Below are positions 1-8,783 of a DNA stretch of 64,000 bases, piece by piece (the first letter of the stretch is position 1; each line of letters starts with the position of its first letter). Location of the stretch: contig JBKSMP010000003.1 in assembly GCA_046881885.1 (NCBI GenBank), forward strand, positions 662 through 64,661. Direction: 5' to 3'. This DNA comes from Opitutales bacterium. Lineage in GTDB: Bacteria > Verrucomicrobiota > Verrucomicrobiia > Opitutales > UBA9783. Under the pieces are notes generated by a model. It had not been told where the DNA came from. It saw only the letters and a program-made list of their open reading frames with translations, and ran no database searches. The position numbers and the translations under genes were made by a program.

Positions 1-2480
1 TCCTCGATAAACATACTGTTGAGGGCTTTTGCGGAAAAACCACTATTGGCAGCTTGCAGCAGGATTTGGGTATTGCCGATCGGATCGTTGTCGATGGCAA
101 TTACGATCGTGTTGCAACCGTTCGGTAACGCATGCCGGCAAACGTTGACGAGGTTATTGATGATTCTGCGCAATAGTACAGCATCTACGCGTGCAAAAAA
201 CGTCCCTTTCGCCTGCAATTGAATATCGAAGTTAGGTTGCAAAATCGTTTGTTTTTCGATGCAGCTGAGGACGCATTGGTTTAGATCTTCGAGTCTTAGG
301 TGAGCATGATCTTTTAATCCTCCGACAACAAAGTCATCGATATAATTGCCCATTTCATTGGCAATATTTTTGAGGAGCTGGCTTTCTTTTTCATCCAATT
401 CTATTTTCTTTTTATTTCCAACAAGCATGTGAAAGGCCATCAGAGGTGACATTAAATCATGCGATAAACTCCGTGCCATTAGGTAGCGTTCGCGGTAAGC
501 AAGTAATTCTTTTTCTTTGCGCACTGTTTTCGAACAAGACCGTAATAAAAATAAAATAGCCACATACCCAAATACATAAGAACTATGTTGCCAAGAAAAA
601 GTTTCTGGCCAATACAAAATACAATTATTTTTTTGATAAAAGAGAAGTATTGTGAATATTGCTAAGCAACAGGTAATAATTATTTTCTTTTCATATTTTT
701 CTTCAATACTTAAGAGCATTACAACGAATGACAATACTAAGGTTAATATATGTAGTCCGTTTTCTTGAGACGTTAATAAAAGATAAGTTGAAGAAACTGG
801 CAAACAAAAAAACAAGGTCGTTAATTTGAGCCACTGAAACCGTTTTTCTTCGGCAAATAATTCTAAAGATCCTCCAAAAATGAGTAGTATAGCCATTGTG
901 CCATTTATAAGGGTCAGTATTAATTTTGAATACGTTAATGATCCTGCTTCAAATACAAGCGGCATCAATTGCAAAAATACAAGACATAATCCTAAAAATA
1001 TATTATTTCGCATTTGTAAATCACGTATGCTTGGCTGTTGCTTGACTTGTACCTCTTCTGCTTGACACATTCGTTTCAACTCTTCCTTCGAAAATACTTT
1101 CTGCCGACCTCCCAAGAAATAAAAGAAAAGTACCGTCATTACGTTTGCGAAAAACCCAGGAAGTAAACCATCAACATTGGTAATTGGTTTTAGATTTATA
1201 TTCCATAAAATGCTGGTAGTAAGTCCTACAATTGCACTTACGAATAAGCCTTTTGTAGATATTTTTACATTAAAAATAAGGAAATATAAAGGAGCTAATA
1301 TTATAGACATCCATAAAGTACGTGTTAAGATTCTTGTTTCAAATAAACCTACACGTTGATTTGCAAAAGCAATTGCTGAAACACCTATGAATATTGATGC
1401 TATCCGTACCCACTTTAATTTTTCTTTTTCAGATAATTCTTTCTTTTTTATGTATCTGTTGTAAGGGATTATAATGTCATTTACTAATATCACGCTACCA
1501 TTATTTAAAATGGAATCAGCAGAAGACATTAATACAGCTAAAACGCCTACTATGGCTAGACCTAAAACACCAACTGGTAAGTATTCTGAAATTAAAACGA
1601 ATAAGGTATGATCTGTTTTTTGTAACGTTGGTAATAAAACTTTGGCAACCAAACCTAAACCTACAATCATAACAGCCATAAACAAATAAACCCAAAAAAG
1701 ATTGTAATAAATTTTTGTTCCTTGTTTATGATTTTTTGTCATTAATAAACGCTGTATATGAATAGGGGTAAATGTAGATAACATTAATGGTAGGATTAAA
1801 AATGAATAGCGATGTAGGTTTTCTCCAGAAATACTTATATGGGATTTAGGTAATTGTTCTAATAAAGCATTAAAACCTCCGATTTTTCCAAGCGTAACAA
1901 TAAAAAGTATCGGGATTATTAAAAAAAATGCAATAAATTGCAAAACATCTGTAAATGTAACTGCTCGTATACCACCTCGTCCTGTATAAATAAGAATAAT
2001 ACAAGCAGAAATTAAAAGACTTGTTGAATAAGAAAGTCTTGTTAATGTACTAATGGCCATTCCCATAGCCATAAATTGTACACTAATATTAAAAATTTCA
2101 TAAATAAAACCTATCGTTCCTGCTAATACTTTACCAGTTATTCCATGAGATTTATAAAAGATATCCCCTAAAGAATAACTGCCATAATAATCACTTAATC
2201 GTTTTGTTAAAAAAGTACCTATAACAAGAAAATTAATAAGCATACCAAGCAAGGCTAAAAGTTGTGTTACACCGATTTTACAAGCATTTCCAACTCCACC
2301 AATTAATGTACTTCCTCCAATCGCAGTTGCTGCTAGAGTACAAAAAATAGCGAAATCAGAAAATTTCCTGTTGCCAATTGCATAATCACTGAATGTTTTA
2401 ATCTTTTTTCCGGAATTAAAGCCTATATACAGCGTTGCAATAAGAAAGGCTACTATAATTGAAATGTCAACAATATGCAT
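1..2480 (-). CDS. SSS (sodium:solute symporter)-like transporter domain fused to a 6-TM block and histidine kinase, copy A; the 3' end runs off the left edge
   Basis: ATG at 2480 (MHIVDISIIVAFLIATLYIGFNSGKKIKTFSDYAIGNRKF...). My hand translation stays open down to position 1. The ORF track lists no minus-strand fragments here, which fits a stop codon outside the window. Paralog of 55152..57785, including an H-box (ARSLSHDLMSPLMA) and N-box (RRIINNLVNVCRHALPN). Confidence 0.8.
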   Translation of the reverse strand, partial: MHIVDISIIVAFLIATLYIGFNSGKKIKTFSDYAIGNRKFSDFAIFCTLAATAIGGSTLIGGVGNACKIGVTQLLALLGMLINFLVIGTFLTKRLSDYYGSYSLGDIFYKSHGITGKVLAGTIGFIYEIFNISVQFMAMGMAISTLTRLSYSTSLLISACIILIYTGRGGIRAVTFTDVLQFIAFFLIIPILFIVTLGKIGGFNALLEQLPKSHISISGENLHRYSFLILPLMLSTFTPIHIQRLLMTKNHKQGTKIYYNLFWVYLFMAVMIVGLGLVAKVLLPTLQKTDHTLFVLISEYLPVGVLGLAIVGVLAVLMSSADSILNNGSVILVNDIIIPYNRYIKKKELSEKEKLKWVRIASIFIGVSAIAFANQRVGLFETRILTRTLWMSIILAPLYFLIFNVKISTKGLFVSAIVGLTTSILWNINLKPITNVDGLLPGFFANVMTVLFFYFLGGRQKVFSKEELKRMCQAEEVQVKQQPSIRDLQMRNNIFLGLCLVFLQLMPLVFEAGSLTYSKLILTLINGTMAILLIFGGSLELFAEEKRFQWLKLTTLFFCLPVSSTYLLLTSQENGLHILTLVLSFVVMLLSIEEKYEKKIIITCCLAIFTILLFYQKNNCILYWPETFSWQHSSYVFGYVAILFLLRSCSKTVRKEKELLAYRERYLMARSLSHDLMSPLMAFHMLVGNKKKIELDEKESQLLKNIANEMGNYIDDFVVGGLKDHAHLRLEDLNQCVLSCIEKQTILQPNFDIQLQAKGTFFARVDAVLLRRIINNLVNVCRHALPNGCNTIVIAIDNDPIGNTQILLQAANSGFSAKALNSMFIE

Positions 2481-2524
2481 GACTTTTTATTAGTTGGATT
2501 TTTTACAAATGTCCAGCTTTTAAG
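2481..2524 (-). promoter_or_regulatory. Conserved 5' leader/upstream block shared with paralog C (59237..59280)
   Basis: gactttttattagttggatttt is identical in both copies, and aatgtccagctttt is identical after a 3-4 nt variable patch. The similarity stops further upstream. Confidence 0.3.
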
Positions 2525-2575
2525 TTAAAAACAGATATATTTTGAGCTAAAAACAACAAAAAGAGAATACAACCA

Positions 2576-2833
2576 TTATCCAAAGAGTTCCATTTGATTT
2601 GGGTTTTCTTTAGATTTTGTTCTGTAGAGTTGAGCGTAAATTTTCTTTGCATTTAGATGAAATCTTTCTGCGAACTGAGTAATAGTATATTTTACGCCAT
2701 TAACTTGTAGCAAAACATTATTTCTTTTGTTGTTTGCTTGTTCTTTTAGAGAGGCCCAGGTGCGGTTTTCAGGACAATAACCTAAGTTATTATCTTTTCT
2801 GCTTATGCTATATTCATACAATTTTTCTCCCAA
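2576..2833 (-). pseudogene. HNH/homing-endonuclease-like C-terminal fragment, N-terminally truncated where it abuts the IS30 relic
   Basis: 85 aa. RKDNNLGYCPENRTWASLKEQANNKRNN...VNGVKYTITQFAERF matches the common phage/homing-endonuclease pattern IDRIDNxxGYxPxNCRWATxKEQxxNRRNN followed by an HTH-like tail. There is no upstream HNH core. Confidence 0.45.
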
Positions 2834-3364
2834 GCCGATTCAAGTCTGAAGTGCAAGCTCTAAGCTCAAAAAAGAACCACTCAGAATGTAATGCGAAGCC
2901 CAAGAATTTTCTAGATTTTTGGCGGCAATCGGCGAGATATGCTTGTGTGTAATTTGCTTTGTTTTTTTTAGAAAAATATTGCAAGGTGCGGCCTTGAGGG
3001 AGTCAATGGCCGTTGGCCATTTGAAAGTTTTTTGGAACCAATTCCGCATTTCCAAGGGCAATGCGGATGGGCAAAATACATCATTGCATTCAAGGGGCTT
3101 GCGATGGTTTTATGGTCGGCGAATTCGGTGCCATTGTCAAGTGTAATGGATTTTACGGCCTGAGGAAATGGTTCAAATGCCGATGAAATAGCGTTTCGAA
3201 TGGTTTCGGGTTTTTTGTTAGGAATAAGTTTTGTGGCGAGAAACCGAGTTTTTCGTTTGACTAATGTCACGAGATAATTTTGCCCACGAACAAGCTCGAA
3301 CGTATCCCATTCCCAGTGGCCGAATCCCGCTCTAGAGCTAAGATCTGGACAAGTTTGAATTGAG

Positions 3365-3487
3365 AGATTTTTTGTAAAAAATCCGTCAAACTCCCTTAAA
3401 ACTTTTATTTATTGCACAATACTATTGTGCAATAAATAAAAGTTTTTGAGTGGTTAAGGGAAGCTTTTTCAAAAAGTTCCCTTATTA
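3365..3487 (-). repeat. Multi-hairpin palindromic element, copy 1, inserted in the IS30 relic
   Basis: Its reverse complement aligns by eye at roughly 70-75% to 43776..43906. Shared blocks: ggaactttttNNaaaagNttccc hairpin, caaaaaYttttat, ttgtgNaataaNtaaaag, tttgaNgNatttttta. Confidence 0.6.
3398..3446. repeat. Perfect 49-nt palindrome (24-bp arms around one central base), core of element copy 1
   Basis: aaaacttttatttattgcacaata c tattgtgcaataaataaaagtttt. I checked every position and all 24 pairs are complementary. Confidence 0.9.
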
Positions 3488-3786
3488 AGCGAATGCTCCC
3501 GCTCGAATTTCCGCATAAATTCTGCGATAAATGCTTTCGTGACTGATGTTTACAATGCTCGCAATCTGTTCCGGACTAAAATTTTGAGCAATCCGAACAC
3601 CTTTCCCCAGGTCTTTTGGCTGATTTTAGACACTTTTGAACACTTTCGACGCTTGTTGGCTAGCTTCTCATCTCTTTCTGCTTTTCGCAATTTTTTACTT
3701 CCCGTGTTGCTCTTCACGGTTGAACTTGCAGTTTAAAGTGATTTTTCCCTTGAGACTATTAGATGATTTTGATACTGTAAGCTTTT

Positions 3787-5055
3787 ATGAAAAAAAGAAA
3801 AATTGTAATAAGTTGTTTTTTTATTTCATTTTGTTTGGTTAAACCATTTGTCGAAGCTAATCCAATAGATGAAATTTATGATCAAATTTCTCAAGTTCAG
3901 CATGATGCATCATTTGAAGGATTATTAAAACAAGAAAAGCAAGATCAAAAATTGTTATTAAAGTTGTTAAATGAAATATTACAAGCAACTTATGAAGATA
4001 TACACATTGTTAAAATCGAAAGAATTGCAGAAGATTGTATTTCTTTAAATGATTACGGTATGATAAGTGAAAATTCTCTTGAGCAAGTATTTAAATCTTT
4101 ACAGGAAAAGCTTAATGAAAATAAAAATTTTTTAAATTTTGTTGTGTTTAATGAGACATTTTTTTGTAAAAAGATGCCTTTAATGAAGGAAACTTTTGAA
4201 AGACTGGAATCGCAAATAAAAGATATTTCTTTAAGAAATAAAAATGCAGTTATATACGTAAATTTTTTAAAGCAAGAAAAAGAAACATTACCTAAAGAAA
4301 AAATATTACAAATATATACAAAAACGGCTAAGTACAAGCAAGAAGGTAGTTTTGTAGTAAATGATATGTTTAATCTTGATAAAATAATGGGATCTTATTT
4401 GGAATCTATAAAGGCATTAGTTGCTGAAAATAAAGAACAAGAAATAAATGTATTAAGTAATTTTAATAAAAGTTATTATGGTGGACAAGAAATGACATGT
4501 TATTACAAAACTTCTTATTATACAGAAGTTGAAGATGAATTTTTAAAACAAGATAAATTTATATATATGATGGGTGATGGAAAAGATCATGATATAGCCA
4601 AAACCCCCTTAAGTAGTGCACTTTTACGATATGTATCTACACAGATTTGTTCTGATGTATTACGTCAAACAAGGGGTGTTGAATTTATTGAAAATGAAGA
4701 TGGGTTTAAATCTATATATCATATAATTGTTTCAAATACAATTGCTCTTCCATGTCCTATGTTTTCCATGATGGTTCCTTCAGAAAAAATTATAATAAAT
4801 GTGGATTCGTATGATTCATTTCCTGGTTTATTTTATCGTGCATTTAAAACTTTATATTATTTACGGCAAAATGGGGAGTATTTTTGTGCTTCTTTATTGA
4901 AATGTCGTGATTCTTATGAGGATGATGCGAAAAAAGCAAGAGGTGAGAATGTTATAAAGCCAATAAGTTCCAATGAAAAAATAATATTTGAAGAACAGGA
5001 TTTGTCATATGCATATAAAATAACAGATATCAAAATGGGATTAAACGAAAAATAA
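3787..5055 (+). CDS. AT-rich secreted hypothetical protein with a possible divergent CN-hydrolase-like E/K/C pattern
   Basis: 422 aa. Signal-peptide-like N-terminus (MKKRKIVISCFFISFCLVKPFVEA). Sampled 60-nt lines count about 27-30% GC, well below the neighbouring genes. Confidence 0.7.
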   Translation: MKKRKIVISCFFISFCLVKPFVEANPIDEIYDQISQVQHDASFEGLLKQEKQDQKLLLKLLNEILQATYEDIHIVKIERIAEDCISLNDYGMISENSLEQVFKSLQEKLNENKNFLNFVVFNETFFCKKMPLMKETFERLESQIKDISLRNKNAVIYVNFLKQEKETLPKEKILQIYTKTAKYKQEGSFVVNDMFNLDKIMGSYLESIKALVAENKEQEINVLSNFNKSYYGGQEMTCYYKTSYYTEVEDEFLKQDKFIYMMGDGKDHDIAKTPLSSALLRYVSTQICSDVLRQTRGVEFIENEDGFKSIYHIIVSNTIALPCPMFSMMVPSEKIIINVDSYDSFPGLFYRAFKTLYYLRQNGEYFCASLLKCRDSYEDDAKKARGENVIKPISSNEKIIFEEQDLSYAYKITDIKMGLNEK

Positions 5056-5160
5056 GTGATGTTTTTATTGCGGGCAGCAAGTTTTGAAATTTATTACAAA
5101 TTTTTTTACTTTATAATTGCATTTGGAAGAAAAGTGTTTTTACTTAAAGGAAATTAATAC

Positions 5161-5244
5161 GCTTAGGTGGTGGAATGGTAGACACACACGTTTGAGGGGC
5201 GTGTGCCGAGAGGCGTGGGGGTTCGAGTCCCCTCTTAAGCACCA
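5161..5244 (+). tRNA. tRNA-Leu (anticodon GAG), long variable arm, encoded CCA
   Basis: Folded by hand: acceptor GCTTAGG/CTTAAGC, anticodon stem CACGT/GCGTG, loop TTGAGGG, T-arm GGGGG-TTCGAGT-CCCCT. Confidence 0.9.
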
Positions 5245-5250
5245 TTTTTT

Positions 5251-6510
5251 ATGTTAGATATTCATTATTTTCGTGTGGCATTTGATGAAATTCAGCGTGG
5301 GATTTCAAAGAAGCATTTTGCTTGTGATTTAGAAAAAGTTCGTCAATTGGATCAGGAACGTATTGCTTGTTTGAAAGCTTTCGAAGCGGCTCGAGCTCAA
5401 CAGCAGGCAGCCAATAAATCCATGGCTCAGCTCGATAAAAAATCTGAAGATTTTCGTAAGGCTATTCAAGAATTAAAGGCCTTGTCGGAGCAAGTAAAAC
5501 AGTTGGAAGAGGTGCATAAAAATGCCGAGCAAGTATTTCAAAAAGAGTGGTTGGCGATTCCTAACATTCCAGATGTTTCTGTACCTGTAGGCCAAACGCC
5601 TCAAGATAATGTAGAGCTTTATCAGTGGCAACCTTCAACTGCGCCATTGGATACTGCTTGTCCGCATTATGAAATTCCTAATTTTCAAAAATGGTTAGAT
5701 TTTACGCGTGGTACAAAAGTTATGGGAGCTGGCTTTCCATTTTATGCAGGTCCTGTAGCACGATTAGTACGCGCATTGGTAGCTTTTTTCCTCGAGGAAG
5801 CTCACAAAAATGGCTATATGGAGCTTTTGACGCCGCTTTTGGTTAATGCGGCAAGTGCAACGGCAACAGGACAATTGCCAGATAAGGAAGGCATGATGTA
5901 CGCAACGGATGAAGGTTATTTGATTCCGACAGCCGAAGTGCCGATTACGAATTATTTTCGTGATGAAATCTTTTCGGAAGTAGATTTGCCCCAAAAATAT
6001 TGTGCTTATTCAGCTTGTTTTCGCCGTGAGGCAGGTAGTTGGGGAAAAGATGTTCGTGGCTTGAATCGCTTACATCAATTTGATAAAGTTGAGTTGGTTC
6101 AGTGGGTACATCCAGAAAAAAGCATGGAAGCGCTCGATCTTTTGCGAAAGGATGCAGAAGGTTTGATTCAAAAATTGGAATTGCCATATCGTGTTTTAGC
6201 AATTTGTACGGGCGATATGGGCTTCCCGCATGCCAAACAATATGATTTGGAAGTTTGGTCGGCAGGACAAAAACGTTGGTTGGAAGTGTCCAGTTGTAGC
6301 TGTTTTACGGATTTCCAAGCGCGCCGTGCCAATATTCGTTTTCGTGACAAAGATGGTAGCTTGAAATTTGTCCATACATTGAACGGTTCCGGTTTGGCTG
6401 TTCCGCGTATCCTAGCTGCCATTTTAGAAAATAATTACGATGGCAAGGGTGTTGTAAAAATTCCGTCCATTCTTCATAAGTGGTTACCTGAAAAAGAAAT
6501 TAGGTTTTAA
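5251..6510 (+). CDS. serS: Seryl-tRNA synthetase
   Basis: 419 aa. N-terminal coiled-coil arm and class II core ([30 protein letters not shown]). Confidence 0.95.
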   Translation: MLDIHYFRVAFDEIQRGISKKHFACDLEKVRQLDQERIACLKAFEAARAQQQAANKSMAQLDKKSEDFRKAIQELKALSEQVKQLEEVHKNAEQVFQKEWLAIPNIPDVSVPVGQTPQDNVELYQWQPSTAPLDTACPHYEIPNFQKWLDFTRGTKVMGAGFPFYAGPVARLVRALVAFFLEEAHKNGYMELLTPLLVNAASATATGQLPDKEGMMYATDEGYLIPTAEVPITNYFRDEIFSEVDLPQKYCAYSACFRREAGSWGKDVRGLNRLHQFDKVELVQWVHPEKSMEALDLLRKDAEGLIQKLELPYRVLAICTGDMGFPHAKQYDLEVWSAGQKRWLEVSSCSCFTDFQARRANIRFRDKDGSLKFVHTLNGSGLAVPRILAAILENNYDGKGVVKIPSILHKWLPEKEIRF

Positions 6511-6694
6511 GAGTTGGTAATTAGCAAAACTTTTAAAATTATAGGGTAGATAGCTCCTTGAAGTTTGGGTGATGGCTTTGAAAGTGGTTATAAAAATAGT
6601 CTAGAAAAACTATTTCCGGGCTTGCGCTTAAGTTTGAAACTGTTTTACTAAAACTTATTAAGAAAATTAAAACATATTAAAGGTAGGTTTTTTA

Positions 6695-8287
6695 ATGAAA
6701 CTAATTTTTATAACGGGTGGGGTAGTGTCCTCTTTAGGAAAGGGGTTAACAGCGGCTTCTTTAGGTGCACTTTTAGAAAATCAAGGTTTTAAGGTTGGTT
6801 TGCAGAAAATGGATCCTTACTTAAATGTAGATCCAGGAACGATGAATCCTTGCCAGCATGGTGAAGTTTATGTACTCAAAGATGGGGCCGAAACGGACTT
6901 AGACTTGGGACATTATGAACGGTTTACGCATGTTGAACTTTCGCGTAAAAATAGTGTTTCTTCAGGAAAAATTTACGAAACGATTTTGCAGAAGGAGCGT
7001 AATGGCGATTATTTGGGTAATACCGTACAAGTGATTCCACATGTTACAAATGAGATTAAAGAGCGTATTTTTGCAGGTGCTAATGCGGATACGGATATCT
7101 TAATTACGGAAATAGGGGGGGTTGCTGGAGATATTGAAGGGCTTCCGTTTTTAGAAGCCTTACGTCAAATTGCACTTGAATTAGGACATGAAAACGTTCT
7201 GTTTATTCATGTGACCTTGTTACCATTTTTGAAGGCATCTTCGGAATTAAAGAGTAAGCCTTCGCAACAGAGTGTGGCTAAATTGCGTGAAATCGGTATT
7301 CAGCCGGACATCTTAATTTGTCGAACGGAAGTTCCTATGGATGATTCCATTCGTGAAAAGTTGAGTTTGTTTTGTAATGTTCCAAAGTCGGCTGTTATTG
7401 AAGAACGCGATGTGGAACATTCTATTTATGAATTGCCGCTTTGCTTGCATCGCGAACATTTAGATGCGCTTGTGTTGGCGAAATTAGGTCTACCTTTTGA
7501 AGATAAGCCTTTAGACATTTGGGAAGATGTGGTTCGGAGAATTTTAAATCCGAAGACGGAAACTACGATTGGTGTAGTTGGAAAATATACCGATCTCCAA
7601 GATGCTTATAAATCGATTTACGAGGCGCTTTTTCATGCCGGTATTGCAAATGAATGTAAGGTGCATATTCGTACGATAGATGCGGAAAAATTAGAAAATA
7701 CGAACGATGTTTCCTGTTTAGAAGACTTAAATGGTATTTTAGTGCCAGGTGGGTTTGGTACGCGCGGAATTGAGGGAAAGATGTTGGCGATCCGTTATGC
7801 GCGTGAAAATAAAATTCCTTTCTTTGGTATTTGTTTAGGTATGCAGTTGGCTGTTGTCGAATTTGCGCGACATGTATTGGATTATGTCGATGCTAATAGT
7901 ACTGAAATGAATCCTCAAACTACGCATCCAGTGATTAGTTTGATGGAACAGCAAAAAAGACAATCTGGAAAAGGTGGTAACATGCGATTAGGCGCAACAC
8001 CTTGTTTGCTAAAGACTGGAAGTTTGATACAATCGGTTTATCAAAGCGATACGGTTTTTGAGCGTCATCGTCATCGTTATGAGTTTAATACAGATTATAA
8101 AGATGCCTTTGAAGCTAAAGGTATGATTATTTCTGGGCAGCATCCGGACTATCAATTAACAGAGGCCGTAGAAATTCCTGAACATCCTTGGTTTATTGGT
8201 GTGCAATATCATCCGGAATTTCAATCTAAACCGCATCAACCGAATCCGTTGTTTGTTCATTTTGTTCAAGCTAGTTTGAAGCGTTAA
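6695..8287 (+). CDS. pyrG: CTP synthase
   Basis: 530 aa. KLIFITGGVVSSLGKG synthetase N-terminus; GATase C-terminus (GICLGMQ, HRHRYEFN). Confidence 0.95.
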   Translation: MKLIFITGGVVSSLGKGLTAASLGALLENQGFKVGLQKMDPYLNVDPGTMNPCQHGEVYVLKDGAETDLDLGHYERFTHVELSRKNSVSSGKIYETILQKERNGDYLGNTVQVIPHVTNEIKERIFAGANADTDILITEIGGVAGDIEGLPFLEALRQIALELGHENVLFIHVTLLPFLKASSELKSKPSQQSVAKLREIGIQPDILICRTEVPMDDSIREKLSLFCNVPKSAVIEERDVEHSIYELPLCLHREHLDALVLAKLGLPFEDKPLDIWEDVVRRILNPKTETTIGVVGKYTDLQDAYKSIYEALFHAGIANECKVHIRTIDAEKLENTNDVSCLEDLNGILVPGGFGTRGIEGKMLAIRYARENKIPFFGICLGMQLAVVEFARHVLDYVDANSTEMNPQTTHPVISLMEQQKRQSGKGGNMRLGATPCLLKTGSLIQSVYQSDTVFERHRHRYEFNTDYKDAFEAKGMIISGQHPDYQLTEAVEIPEHPWFIGVQYHPEFQSKPHQPNPLFVHFVQASLKR

Positions 8288-8361
8288 AGCTTTTACAAAC
8301 TATTTTCAAAACTTTATAAAGAGGTGCTTGACAAAACCTGGGAGGCTTTGTACAAAAAGGT

Positions 8362-8781
8362 ATGACTGAAAAAACTCTTGTTTTATTAAAGCCGGATTGT
8401 ATGCAAAAAAATGTGGCGGGTATTGTTATTGCTCGCTTGCAAGAAAAAGGTTTACGCATTGTTGCCTGTAAAATGTTAGCGCTTACGGAAGCGATTTTGC
8501 GTGATCATTATGATTTTTTGGCTGACAAACCCTTTTTCCCAAATATTTTAAGTTATATGCAGGAATGTCCTGTTTTAGCGCTTGTTTTAGAAGGAGAAGA
8601 TGCTATTGCAACAACGCGAAATTTAATGGGACCAACGGATTCTTCGATTGCGCCTAAGGGAACTATTCGTGGAGATTTTGGTGTAGATAAGTCACGTAAT
8701 GTGATTCATGCTTCCGATAGTGAAGCTTCTGCTAAAAAAGAAATTGAGCGATTTTTCACAAAAGAAGAGGTTTTTGCATAA
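8362..8781 (+). CDS. ndk: Nucleoside diphosphate kinase
   Basis: 139 aa. TLVLLKPD, GTIRGDFG, NVIHASDS. Confidence 0.95.
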   Translation: MTEKTLVLLKPDCMQKNVAGIVIARLQEKGLRIVACKMLALTEAILRDHYDFLADKPFFPNILSYMQECPVLALVLEGEDAIATTRNLMGPTDSSIAPKGTIRGDFGVDKSRNVIHASDSEASAKKEIERFFTKEEVFA

Positions 8782-8783
8782 AG

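Larger units (their letters stand above)
2840..3680 (-). mobile_element. IS30-family transposase pseudogene with multiple frameshifts and an internal insertion
   Basis: Hand translation of the minus strand gives SPEQIASIVNISHESIYRRIY (HTH), GHWEWDTFELVRGKNYLVTLVKRKTRF, ITLDNGTEFADHKTIA, YFAHPHCPW and LQYFSKKNK..RQKSRKFLGF. These lie in three different frames. The longest intact piece is 100 aa (2968..3270). Confidence 0.75.

Noticed and set aside
19-222. Plus-strand 67-aa ORF (MRAFAEKP...) conserved with the ORF at 55336..55539; it looked like a conserved small gene.
   Set aside because: Both lie antisense to the conserved kinase domains of SSS-kinase copies A and B. The conservation is a shadow of the minus-strand coding sequence.
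880-1065. Plus-strand ORF (MSSIAIVPFI...) conserved with 56197..56439.
   Set aside because: Same reason: an antisense shadow of the paralogous minus-strand genes.
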